A DNA stretch of 34,082 nt, taken from Myxococcota bacterium. Lineage in GTDB: Bacteria; Myxococcota; UBA4151. The stretch covers positions 1-34,082 of the forward strand of contig JBDQPD010000031.1 of assembly GCA_040260805.1 (NCBI GenBank). The letters are read 5' to 3'. The notes beneath the pieces were generated by a model. The model searched no databases, was not told the DNA's origin, and was given only the letters and a program-made list of their open reading frames with translations. Both the position numbers and the translations under genes were made by a program. Of the stretch, positions 18,956-27,651 are shown piece by piece (position 1 is the stretch's first letter; each line of letters opens with the position of its first letter).

Positions 18956-20464
18956 ATGACCATCGTCGTGTCAACAGGAGTGGTCATCGGCGTTCAGGGG
19001 CAACCTGTTCGGGTCGAGGCTAATCTGCGTCCCGGTATCCCATATTTTGATCTGGTTGGGCTGGCGGGGAGCGCGCTTAAAGAAGCGCGTATACGCGTCG
19101 AGCAAGCGGTGCGTTCGTCTGGCTTTGAGTGGCCCAGAAAGCGAATCGTTCTCAACCTGGCGCCAGCTGAGCTGCGCAAAGAGGGAAGCGCTCTAGATTT
19201 AGCCCTTGCCGTGGCGTGTTTAGCTGATGGCGCCCAATTCGACCCTCAACGCTTGGCGCACACCTTGTTTCTGGGTGAGCTGTCTTTGGACGGACAATTG
19301 CGCCCAGTGCGTGGGGTACTGCCGATCACCGAGGCTGCACGTAAAGCGGGCATCACGCACTGTGTTGTGCCTCATGAAAATGCCTACGAAGCGAGCTTGG
19401 TGACTGGGGTTCGGGTGGTGCCGTGTCGTGATCTGAAGACAGCCTGTCTTTGGCTCTCGGGTGGGCCAGCGCCCGAACATGAGACCTCAAGCGCCCCGGA
19501 GTCATCGGCAGAATGCTCGACTGATTGGCGTGAGGTGCGCGGTCAAGATGAAGCTAAAAGAGCGGCCGAGATCGCATTAGCGGGTGGTCATAACCTGCTG
19601 CTCACCGGGCCGCCCGGAACCGGGAAAACGCTTCTTGCGCGCTGTTTGCCATCGCTTCTTCCGCCCCTGCAGGGCACAGAATTACTGGAGGTCTTGCGTA
19701 TTCGCTCGGTCGTTGATGGCGGTTTGTCTTCGTCTATCCCTACCCGCCCCTTTCGCGCTCCTCATCACTCGATCAGTCCGGCGGGTTTGGTTGGAGGGGG
19801 TAACCCGGTTCGCCCAGGTGAGGTCACGGTCGCCCACGGTGGTGTCTTGTTCTTGGATGAGCTCGCTGAGTTTCCTCGAGCGGTAATTGAGAGCTTGAGA
19901 CAGCCGCTAGAAGACGGCGAGTTGACGCTGACAAGAGCCGGCTGTAGAATGACGTTCCCGGCGGATTTTATCGTCGTTTCCGCCTCTAACCCCTGCCCTT
20001 GTGGCTATCATGGTTCATCGGTCAAGGGTTGCGTCTGTCCGCCGAGCGTTATCCAGCGTTATCAGGCTCGAATCAGTGGTCCTATGTTGGACCGTATTGA
20101 TCTTCAGGTGCGCATGGACCGCCCCAGCGCTGAGCTGCTCTTATCGTCACGTTCAGAGCTTGGCGCCACCAGCGCGGAGGTCCGCCAGCGAATCACTGAC
20201 GCTCGCGCCATGGCGACGACTCGCCAAGGATGCGCAAACGCCCACCTCCAAGACGGGTTGCTGAGCCACGTCCGAGCGCTCCCCAAGACGCTCGATGTTC
20301 TTCGTCACAGCAGTGATCGGCTCGGTTTGTCGCCGCGTTTGACGACCCGCCTACTCAAGGTCGCGCGAAGTATCGCCGATCTCGCTTTGAGCGAGGTCAT
20401 CACCCCCAGACATTTAGCGGAAGCCTTCAGCTTGCGTGCACTGGAAAGCGACCCGCTCGCATGA
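18956..20464 (+). CDS. comM: ComM/YifB-family Mg-chelatase-like AAA+ ATPase
   Basis: NLAPAELRKEGSALDL, GELSLDG, HNLLLTGPPGTGKT, RPFRAPHHS, AHGGVLFLDE, NPCPCG, SGPMLDRID, LKVARSIADL. Confidence 0.94.
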   Translation: MTIVVSTGVVIGVQGQPVRVEANLRPGIPYFDLVGLAGSALKEARIRVEQAVRSSGFEWPRKRIVLNLAPAELRKEGSALDLALAVACLADGAQFDPQRLAHTLFLGELSLDGQLRPVRGVLPITEAARKAGITHCVVPHENAYEASLVTGVRVVPCRDLKTACLWLSGGPAPEHETSSAPESSAECSTDWREVRGQDEAKRAAEIALAGGHNLLLTGPPGTGKTLLARCLPSLLPPLQGTELLEVLRIRSVVDGGLSSSIPTRPFRAPHHSISPAGLVGGGNPVRPGEVTVAHGGVLFLDELAEFPRAVIESLRQPLEDGELTLTRAGCRMTFPADFIVVSASNPCPCGYHGSSVKGCVCPPSVIQRYQARISGPMLDRIDLQVRMDRPSAELLLSSRSELGATSAEVRQRITDARAMATTRQGCANAHLQDGLLSHVRALPKTLDVLRHSSDRLGLSPRLTTRLLKVARSIADLALSEVITPRHLAEAFSLRALESDPLA

Positions 20465-20943
20465 ACAGGTACGACCAGCTTCGGACGGGTTCCATGACGA
20501 CGCTTTGTGGTGTTTCTGGTTCGGGAAAAACCCGTCAATGCCTAGCCTATGCCGAGGCGGCTTTGTCTCAGCAACAGCCGGTGGTTTGGATCGACGGCGA
20601 TCGAAACCATGCCTTGAACACGTCATTTTATGACCGCTCCAAGGCCTCACTATTTTGGGGCTTTGAGCCCAGCGGTTTTGATCAAGCCTATCAGTTGGCG
20701 CTCGCGTTTTGTCGTCTAAAGCACGCTGGATTAGTGGTGATTGATAGCCTTGATGGTTTGTTGCCGGACCGTTTCGATCAGCAGCGTGTGCTTCGACGGT
20801 CTTTACCCAAACTGATCGGCGCTGTGTATGCCAGTAAATCTCGTCTCGTGTGCACCGTTGAGCCGACCTCACGCGTTCGTTCGAGCGCTCTACAGATCTA
20901 TTCTCAGACCATTATCTCGTTAGGAGTACCCCATGTGGATTGA
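20461..20943 (+). CDS. Minimal RecA-like ATPase core (160 aa)
   Basis: Walker A GVSGSGKT, WIDGDRNHAL (cf. RecA FIDAEHAL), EPSGFDQA (cf. QPDTGEQA), Walker B LVVIDSL, SALQIYS (cf. NALKFYA); ATGA overlap with comM. Confidence 0.8.
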   Translation: MNRYDQLRTGSMTTLCGVSGSGKTRQCLAYAEAALSQQQPVVWIDGDRNHALNTSFYDRSKASLFWGFEPSGFDQAYQLALAFCRLKHAGLVVIDSLDGLLPDRFDQQRVLRRSLPKLIGAVYASKSRLVCTVEPTSRVRSSALQIYSQTIISLGVPHVD

Positions 20944-21208
20944 TAGCAGCGACCTTTTTGAATTGGATCCAGTTCCCACCGAGTTTTTTGAGAATGGACA
21001 AGATCGCGGCGCCGGAGCGTCCTTGTTTCCTCACTGGATCCGAGTGGACCTGAGTTTACCGACTGAGCTTCACGATTGGTTGAGCGAGAAAGCCTTTGAG
21101 CGAGGCATGGTTCGAGCGGAATTGATTCGAAAGATCCTGCGGCAAACGCAGCGCCAACAAAACTACGCCAAAAGATTGACCACTCGACACATCGCCGAGG
21201 TGGGTTGA
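20933..21208 (+). CDS. Ribbon-helix-helix (CopG-like) DNA-binding protein
   Basis: IRVDLSLPTELHDWLSEKAFERGMVRAELIRKILR fits the RHH beta-alpha-G-alpha pattern; AGGAG SD; overlaps the upstream gene by 11 bp. Confidence 0.72.
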   Translation: MWIDSSDLFELDPVPTEFFENGQDRGAGASLFPHWIRVDLSLPTELHDWLSEKAFERGMVRAELIRKILRQTQRQQNYAKRLTTRHIAEVG

Positions 21209-21621
21209 GCCGTACATCGCGCAAAAATAAGGCATAATTAAAAGCGCCTTGTCCGCGCTCAGGGTTTTTTAGGTTCGAGTTGATTTGAGTTGATACATCC
21301 ACCTATCTGATTTTGCTTTGAACTCTCGTGAAGTGCGCATGGTCACAGTGATATCTTCGTCACGCCATGAACGCGTTCCGAGCACGTCATTTGGGGTGGC
21401 CGCGGCCCCGCGGCCGCAGTTAATTGCCTTTCAAGAGTTGAGCTTGGAGCCGGATATCTCGACGTTTTCATCCTTTCTTCTGAGCGCCTTAGTCAGAACC
21501 CTCGCGCTGCGTCGTTGACCCTTCGGGAGGGGCTTCGATAACGATGGTTTTAGACGGCAAACTTACGGGTGAGCAGTCGATTCACATCAGGTCACACGAA
21601 GAGGGTCCCAGCAAGGTCTGG

Positions 21622-21662
21622 GGGCATGCTTCTTGCGCCTTTGAGTCGGCACAAACTTTGCC
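21622..21662 (+). promoter_or_regulatory. Two tandem sigma54-type motifs upstream of nrdA
   Basis: GG-CATG-CTTC-TT-GC (21623-21636) and GG-CACA-AACT-TT-GC (21648-21661), each GG-N10-GC with TTGC. Confidence 0.5.
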
Positions 21663-21677
21663 TGTTTGATAAGATAG

Positions 21678-24119
21678 ATGGAGAAGTTACCGCTTATGAC
21701 GCTCGATATTCAAAACGCCGAGATCCTTAACCAGGCAGACATTCCGCCAAACCACGCAACGCCACATCCCACGGGCGTACCCGTCACCATGCGCGTGAAG
21801 AAGCGAGATGGAAGACTTGAGCTCGTGGACGTCAACCGGATCGTTGATCGCGTGGCTTCGTGTTCGGGCGGACTCGAGCATGTCGACCCGATGTTCATTG
21901 CGACTCGTACCATCGGTGGGTTGTACGATGGAGCGACGACTAAAGAGCTCGACGCGTTAGCGATTCAAACCGCTGCGTTGTTGATCGCAGAAGAGCCAGA
22001 GTATTCGTTCTTGGCTGCCCGCTTGCTGGCTGAGTTTATCCAAGAAGAGGTCCGTGAGCAGGGCATTGAGACCTTTTCACAGGGCATTTTCAGAGGTCAA
22101 GAGCTCGGGATCATCAACGACTCGCTCGCGGCGTTTGTAGCGACTCATCGCGAGCAGCTTGATGCTGCGATTCAGTCCGATCGAAACAACCTGTTTCAGT
22201 ATTTCGGCCTGCGCACGGTCTACGATCGCTACCTCCTCAAGCACCCCACCAAGCGTTTGGTGGTCGAGACACCGCAAACTGCGCTGCTGCGCGTCGCTTG
22301 TGGTTTATCGGAAACCCCCGAAGAAGCCATCCGGCTCTACAACACCTTCTCAAGCTTTGATTACCTCCCGAGCTCGCCGACCTTGTTCAACTCAGGCACC
22401 CTGCATCCGCAGCTGTCGAGTTGTTTCCTCGTCGACTCGCCACAGGATGATCTGGATTCGATCTACGACCGCTACAAAGAGGTCGCCCGACTCTCTAAGC
22501 ACGGCGGCGGGATCGGTATTGCGTTTCATCGAGTGCGTTCAGCGGGCTCATTGATTCGAGGAACCAATGGATTGAGCAACGGCATCGTGCCCTGGCTTAA
22601 GACTCTTGATTCCTCGGTTTCCGCTGTGAACCAGGGCGGTCGCCGCAAAGGGGCGTGCTGCATTTACCTTGAGCCCTGGCACGGTGACATCGAGGCTTTC
22701 TTGGATTGCCGCGAGAACACCGGCGACGAGGCGCGGCGAACTTACAATCTGAATTTGGCAAATTGGATCAACGACCTGTTCATGGAGCGTGTGCAAAGCG
22801 GCTCGGACTGGAGTTTGTTTGATCCGAAGGACGTGCCCGAGCTCTGCGACACCTTTGGCGAGGAGTTCCGCCACGTCTACTGTGAAGCAGAAGCTCAAGG
22901 TAAAGCGCTCAAGACCATCTCAGCGCGTAAGCTGTACTCGCGTATGATGAAGAGCCTGGCTCAAACCGGTAACGGCTGGATGACGTTCAAAGACGCCTCC
23001 AACCTTAAGTGCAATCAAACCGGCGAGAAAGGGCGCGTCGTCCATCTCTCGAATCTATGCACGGAGATCATTGAAGTCACCGATGACGATATGACCGCAG
23101 TGTGTAATCTCGGCTCGATCAACCTGAGCAACCACCTCAAAGATGGGCGCTTTGACTTTGAGCGCTTGGGTGAAACGGTTGAGGTGGCTGTTCGTCAGCT
23201 TGATCGCGTGATCGATAGGACCTGGTATCCGATCGAGAAGGCCGGGCGAGGCAATATGAAGTGGCGCCCGGTAGGCTTGGGTATGATGGGTCTTCAGGAC
23301 GTCTTCTTTAAACTCGAGCTACCCTTTGAGTCTGAAGAAGCGAAGATTCTGCAGGCGAGAATTTCAGAAGAGATCTACTACCATGCGCTCAAGACCAGCG
23401 CGGATCTAGCGGAAGAACTCGGCGCGCACGATACGTTCTCAGAGACGCGTGCGGCTAAAGGTAAGCTTCAGTTCGATCTGTGGGGCACGACGCCGAATAA
23501 GCCCGAACGCTTCGATGCGCTGAAGGAGCGTATTGCGAACGTCGGCTTACGCAACAGCTTGTTGGTCGCGATCGCGCCGACGGCGACCATCGCATCGATC
23601 GTCGGTTGCTACGAGTGCATCGAGCCCCAGGTCTCCAACCTGTTCAAACGAGAGACGCTCTCGGGTGAGTTCTTGCAGATCAACAACTACTTGGTTTCCG
23701 AGCTCCGCTCACGTGGGCTTTGGACGCCAGAGGTTCGCAACAAGATCAAGCTCTCGGAAGGTTCGGTCCAAGATATCATTGAGATCCCCGCCGATTTACG
23801 AGTCCGCTTCCGTACGGCGTGGGAGCTAAGCCAAAAACCATTGGTCGAGATGGCTGCGATGCGTGGTCCTTTTATCGATCAAAGTCAGAGCCTGAACTTG
23901 TTCATGGAGAGCCCGAGCATTGATAAGTTGAGTTCGATGTACTTTTACGCATGGAAGCTCGGCCTCAAAACCACCTATTATCTGCGCTCTCGCCCAGCGA
24001 CGCGCATCGCTCAAACGACGACGGGGTTACCGACGGCGACCACTGAAGAAGAAGCCGCAAAGCAGGCCGCTCTTTTGTGCAGTCTCGAAAACCCTGAGTC
24101 CTGCGAATCGTGTCAGTAA
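21678..24119 (+). CDS. nrdA: Class I ribonucleotide reductase alpha subunit (start may be ATG 21696)
   Basis: ATP-cone (VKKRDG), SPTLFNSG, LSSCF, QGGRRKG, SNLCTEI, APTAT, TTYYLRS, C-terminal CESC. Confidence 0.96.
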   Translation: MEKLPLMTLDIQNAEILNQADIPPNHATPHPTGVPVTMRVKKRDGRLELVDVNRIVDRVASCSGGLEHVDPMFIATRTIGGLYDGATTKELDALAIQTAALLIAEEPEYSFLAARLLAEFIQEEVREQGIETFSQGIFRGQELGIINDSLAAFVATHREQLDAAIQSDRNNLFQYFGLRTVYDRYLLKHPTKRLVVETPQTALLRVACGLSETPEEAIRLYNTFSSFDYLPSSPTLFNSGTLHPQLSSCFLVDSPQDDLDSIYDRYKEVARLSKHGGGIGIAFHRVRSAGSLIRGTNGLSNGIVPWLKTLDSSVSAVNQGGRRKGACCIYLEPWHGDIEAFLDCRENTGDEARRTYNLNLANWINDLFMERVQSGSDWSLFDPKDVPELCDTFGEEFRHVYCEAEAQGKALKTISARKLYSRMMKSLAQTGNGWMTFKDASNLKCNQTGEKGRVVHLSNLCTEIIEVTDDDMTAVCNLGSINLSNHLKDGRFDFERLGETVEVAVRQLDRVIDRTWYPIEKAGRGNMKWRPVGLGMMGLQDVFFKLELPFESEEAKILQARISEEIYYHALKTSADLAEELGAHDTFSETRAAKGKLQFDLWGTTPNKPERFDALKERIANVGLRNSLLVAIAPTATIASIVGCYECIEPQVSNLFKRETLSGEFLQINNYLVSELRSRGLWTPEVRNKIKLSEGSVQDIIEIPADLRVRFRTAWELSQKPLVEMAAMRGPFIDQSQSLNLFMESPSIDKLSSMYFYAWKLGLKTTYYLRSRPATRIAQTTTGLPTATTEEEAAKQAALLCSLENPESCESCQ

Positions 24120-24170
24120 ACCCAAGACCCTTATTGCTTATCCAGCTCAGCATTTGAAAGCGACCTTCTC

Positions 24171-25169
24171 GTGATTCTCGAACCAGGACTTAATCTTACC
24201 CTTCGGCCGATGGCTTACCCGCAACTCTACGAGATGTATCGGGATGCTATTAAAAATACATGGACCGTAGAAGAGGTTGATTTTTCTCGGGATATTGCTG
24301 ACCTGCAGCATAAGATGACGCCCGCTGAGCATCATCTGATCAATCGCTTGGTCGCATTCTTCGCCACCGGTGATTCGATCGTTGCCAACAACCTAGTGCT
24401 CAATCTGTACAAGCACATCAACAGCCCAGAAGCTCGAATGTACTTGTCGCGCCAACTGTACGAAGAGGCGCTTCATGTTCAGTTCTATTTGACCTTGTTG
24501 GATACCTACGTACCCGATCCTGCCGAGCGCGAAGCCGCCTTTGATGCGATCCATAATATCCCGAGCATTAAGCAAAAAGCTGAGTTCTGCTTCAAGTGGA
24601 TGGATTCGATTGACGAGCTTGATGAGCTGACCACTAAGGAGCACCGTCGGCGCTTCTTGCTCAACTTGATCTGCTTTGCGTGTTGCATCGAAGGGCTCTT
24701 CTTCTTCGCTGCCTTTGCCTACGTGTACTTCCTGCGCTCCAAGGGTCTGCTGAGTGGTTTAGCGACAGGAACCAACTGGGTCTTTCGCGACGAGAGTTGC
24801 CATATGAACTTCGCCTTCGAAGTCATTCGGATCGTTCGCAAAGAAGAGCCAGATTTGATGGATGCGGCGATGGAAGAGCAGGTCAAAGAAATGCTCGCTG
24901 AAGCGATCGAATGCGAGATGACCTTTACTGCCGACCTCCTCAAGCTAGGCGTCGCAGGGCTAAGCCAAACTGATATGCGCGAATACCTGCAGTTCGTCGT
25001 GGATCAGCGCTTGAGCAACTTGGGGATGACGCCGGTTTACGGTTCCGCAAACCCGTTCGGCTTTATGGAACTTCAAGACGTGCAAGAGCTTGCCAACTTC
25101 TTCGAGCGACGCGTGAGCGCCTACCAGGTGTCGGTATCAGGTGATATTGATCTGAGCGCCGACTTCTAG
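24171..25169 (+). CDS. nrdB: Class I ribonucleotide reductase beta subunit
   Basis: W.VEEVD, FFATGD, EALH...Y (radical Tyr), IEGLFF, RDESCH, NFFERRVSAY. Confidence 0.96.
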   Translation: MILEPGLNLTLRPMAYPQLYEMYRDAIKNTWTVEEVDFSRDIADLQHKMTPAEHHLINRLVAFFATGDSIVANNLVLNLYKHINSPEARMYLSRQLYEEALHVQFYLTLLDTYVPDPAEREAAFDAIHNIPSIKQKAEFCFKWMDSIDELDELTTKEHRRRFLLNLICFACCIEGLFFFAAFAYVYFLRSKGLLSGLATGTNWVFRDESCHMNFAFEVIRIVRKEEPDLMDAAMEEQVKEMLAEAIECEMTFTADLLKLGVAGLSQTDMREYLQFVVDQRLSNLGMTPVYGSANPFGFMELQDVQELANFFERRVSAYQVSVSGDIDLSADF

Positions 25170-25918
25170 TCGGAACCAGGGGGCGGCGGAGCGCCGGCTA
25201 CGACCACTCTCGAGATGATCAGACCGACCTCAAAGAGCAGCCACAATGGGACCGCAAGCATCACCTGTGTGTAGGGGTCTGGCGGCGTCAGCATGGCGCC
25301 CATGATGAACAACCCCACGATGATGTAGCGTCGGTATTTCGAGACCGTTTTAGGGTGTAGAATACCGACGCGTGCCAGCAGGACCATCAAAACGGGAAGA
25401 TCAAAGACCAGCCCAAAGGCGAGCACCATCATGGTGACTAAGCCAAAGTAAGAGGCGGTTGAGTACTTTGCCTCAACCTCCGGCGGAAGCATGGCATGCA
25501 GGACCTCAAGACCGGTGGGTAAAACCAGCGAGAAGCAAAAAGCTGCGCCGATCAAAAAGGCTGCGCTTCCAAAGAATAAGAAGGGCAGCACCGCTCGGCG
25601 CTCTTTGCCTTGCAGCGCAGGGGAGAAAAAAGCCCAGACCTGGTGAAGAACCACCGGATACGTGACGACGACCGCTGCCACCATACTCAGCTTGAGATAG
25701 ACAATGAACATCTCAAGCGGACTGAGCACCGCAAGCAGTCCGGGCTCAGTATCGAGTAAGGGGCGAATTGGGATCATAAAAAATTGGAAAAGCTGCTCTT
25801 TGAAGGCAAAGGCAGCGCAGGTGGCGACGAAGATAACGATCGCGCAACGGATGAGCCGATCCCGAAGCTCCTCTAGATGCTCCATGAACGACGCATTGTG
25901 GGGATCGATCCCCTTCAC
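25166..25918 (-). CDS. tatC: Twin-arginine translocase TatC
   Basis: [21 protein letters not shown]...[19 protein letters not shown]...LFE. Confidence 0.95.
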   Translation of the reverse strand: MKGIDPHNASFMEHLEELRDRLIRCAIVIFVATCAAFAFKEQLFQFFMIPIRPLLDTEPGLLAVLSPLEMFIVYLKLSMVAAVVVTYPVVLHQVWAFFSPALQGKERRAVLPFLFFGSAAFLIGAAFCFSLVLPTGLEVLHAMLPPEVEAKYSTASYFGLVTMMVLAFGLVFDLPVLMVLLARVGILHPKTVSKYRRYIIVGLFIMGAMLTPPDPYTQVMLAVPLWLLFEVGLIISRVVVAGAPPPPGSD

Positions 25919-26187
25919 TGCTGGTCCGCGCGCTCCACCGCTTCGGGCTCGACAGCGGCGTCGGCTACGCTCGGCGTCACGCTTCCTTTGGGCGGCTCGA
26001 TCTCTTCAACGCTGGCTTCGTGGATCGCTTGACCCACTTCATCGGAGGCTTTGCGGAATTCTCGCAGCCCCTTACCCAAACCCCGAGCAAGCTCAGGAAG
26101 TTTTTTGGGACCGAAAAATATGAGAACGACGCCGAGAATAACAAGCATCTCGGTGGTTCCGAGTCCAAAGATAGCGCGCTGCAGCAT
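25915..26187 (-). CDS. tatA: TatA/E-family subunit
   Basis: [11 protein letters not shown]...[34 protein letters not shown] overlap with tatC. Confidence 0.92.
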   Translation of the reverse strand: MLQRAIFGLGTTEMLVILGVVLIFFGPKKLPELARGLGKGLREFRKASDEVGQAIHEASVEEIEPPKGSVTPSVADAAVEPEAVERADQQ

Positions 26188-26274
26188 GGACGGCTCCTGA
26201 TCGGGTCGATAGTGCAGGGTGGGTGACGATCACAAGCAGCAATCGCAAGCCACCCCGTAGGAGCATAGGCGCAG

Positions 26275-27321
26275 ATGACCCGAAGACGCCATTTTCCATC
26301 CATTCTTCAGTGTATGAATGGCCATCAAAAGGACGCCTGGGCCACGGTGATCAGTCAGGCAAAGCGTCTTCATGCTGATGCGGTATTGCTGCCCATGCCT
26401 TGGGCTGAAGAGGCATCAATGGCTCAGGTTTTAGCGCTCCCTGCCGTGGAGGTTTCGAGCCTGCGAGAAAACATAAACAAGGCGAGAAAACAGAGACTTG
26501 GGGTGTTCTTGGAGATCGCCTTGCCGCCAGCCAACCAAGGGTTTCATTCACGCCAAGTTTTATCACAGTTTCAAGCTCTGCACATCAAACCACTGATGGG
26601 GTTAGACCTCGCAGGCATGGTGATTCGTTTGGGGGCGGACTGGCCAGCCGATGCCATCTTAGAGCTTGAACGCCTGCTTCGCCTCAAAGAAGGGGCCGTC
26701 TTGTTTCTTGACCACGGCATGAGCCCAGACAGCGAACTGCTTGATGGCCAGGTGGATGGGGTCGTCGACCCGGTCGGCGTCGGCGGCATCAGCCGCTTTC
26801 TTAATGGCCACTGCTCAGGGTTTGATTTGGGGCAGCACCTTAGTCGTCAGCAGGAGCGACTTGGGATCAATCTGGCAGGGCGGCTCCTTAATCCCCTGTC
26901 CTTGCTCTCCGTTCGAGATGAGTTTTTTGGCTTAGGCTCGGGGCTAAGTTTTATGATTCGTGGTTATCCGTTTATGCCTCCTGATGCGGTGATTGAGCGA
27001 GAGCATATCTACGGACCACTCGCTCAATTGAGGCGCCAAAGGGCGGCTCTTGAGTGGGGACGCTTTGTCCACCTAAGCCCGATTGATCGACCGGAAGTTT
27101 TTGCCTTTGGTCGAGCTGATGAACGCGTTGAGGAGCCGGTCATTGTGGTGGCAAGACGCTCAGCAAGCGCAGCGATGAGCCTGCCCGTGGGTTTGGGCAG
27201 GTTTGATCTGCGAAAGCCTTTTGTTTCGCTGTTGAGCGCCGATAAGGAGTATGCCGTTCAGGATGGGTGGTTGGATTTAGAGGCTAGTGAAGGACCCGAG
27301 TTCTTAGTCTTGGGACAATGA
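26275..27321 (+). CDS. Degenerate GH13 (alpha-amylase/neopullulanase)-like protein
   Basis: By-eye colinearity with a GH13 barrel plus domain C (ADAVLLPMP, KARKQRLGVFLE, GYPF, LAQLRRQRAALEWG, VFAFGR, VIVVA); catalytic motifs not conserved. Confidence 0.6.
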   Translation: MTRRRHFPSILQCMNGHQKDAWATVISQAKRLHADAVLLPMPWAEEASMAQVLALPAVEVSSLRENINKARKQRLGVFLEIALPPANQGFHSRQVLSQFQALHIKPLMGLDLAGMVIRLGADWPADAILELERLLRLKEGAVLFLDHGMSPDSELLDGQVDGVVDPVGVGGISRFLNGHCSGFDLGQHLSRQQERLGINLAGRLLNPLSLLSVRDEFFGLGSGLSFMIRGYPFMPPDAVIEREHIYGPLAQLRRQRAALEWGRFVHLSPIDRPEVFAFGRADERVEEPVIVVARRSASAAMSLPVGLGRFDLRKPFVSLLSADKEYAVQDGWLDLEASEGPEFLVLGQ

Positions 27322-27351
27322 TCGGTTGTAGAGGCGAGCCGGTTTGCGTAG

Positions 27352-27651
27352 GTGGGGGCGCGTCTATTCGAACTTGGAGCTTCGGTGCTGAGACTCACCT
27401 TGCTTACAGTTTTGACCTTTGGAGCTTGCGCTGACCCCTGTCGCCAAGTCGCCGAGGTGGTCTGTTCGTGCGAGCCTGATCAGAGTTCGCAGCGCAGCTG
27501 TCTTAGTGAGGTTGAGGCCGCGCGCGCTGCCCATCCAGCGACCGAAGAAGATTTAGCAGCATGTGACCAGGTGCTGGCTTCGGAGCAGTGCACGTGTGAT
27601 GCGCTCGCTATGGGTGAGATCGAAGCCTGTGGATTGGCACAAACACCATGA
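27352..27651 (+). CDS. Small Cys-rich lipoprotein
   Basis: Hydrophobic signal ending FGAC, then 8 further Cys; ATGA overlap with pssA. Confidence 0.7.
   Translation: MGARLFELGASVLRLTLLTVLTFGACADPCRQVAEVVCSCEPDQSSQRSCLSEVEAARAAHPATEEDLAACDQVLASEQCTCDALAMGEIEACGLAQTP

Noticed and set aside
20461..20943. Calling the mini-RecA a recA pseudogene or a second imuA
   Set aside because: No frameshifted remnants of the missing domains were seen on either side, the deletions are in-frame, Walker A is intact, and no imuB is adjacent. Left as an unnamed paralogue.
21340..21465. Two GATATCT cores as NrdR boxes
   Set aside because: Flanks do not fit the acaCwAtATaTwGtg consensus and the spacing is not the usual tandem arrangement.
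21318..21518. 66-aa ORF upstream of nrdA
   Set aside because: TTG start without an SD and no recognisable motif; more likely non-coding.
21550..21600. c-di-GMP-I or cobalamin riboswitch (GGCAAAC seed)
   Set aside because: No GNRA-capped P2 followed by GACGCAAA, and no B12-box or GGGAA elements were visible.
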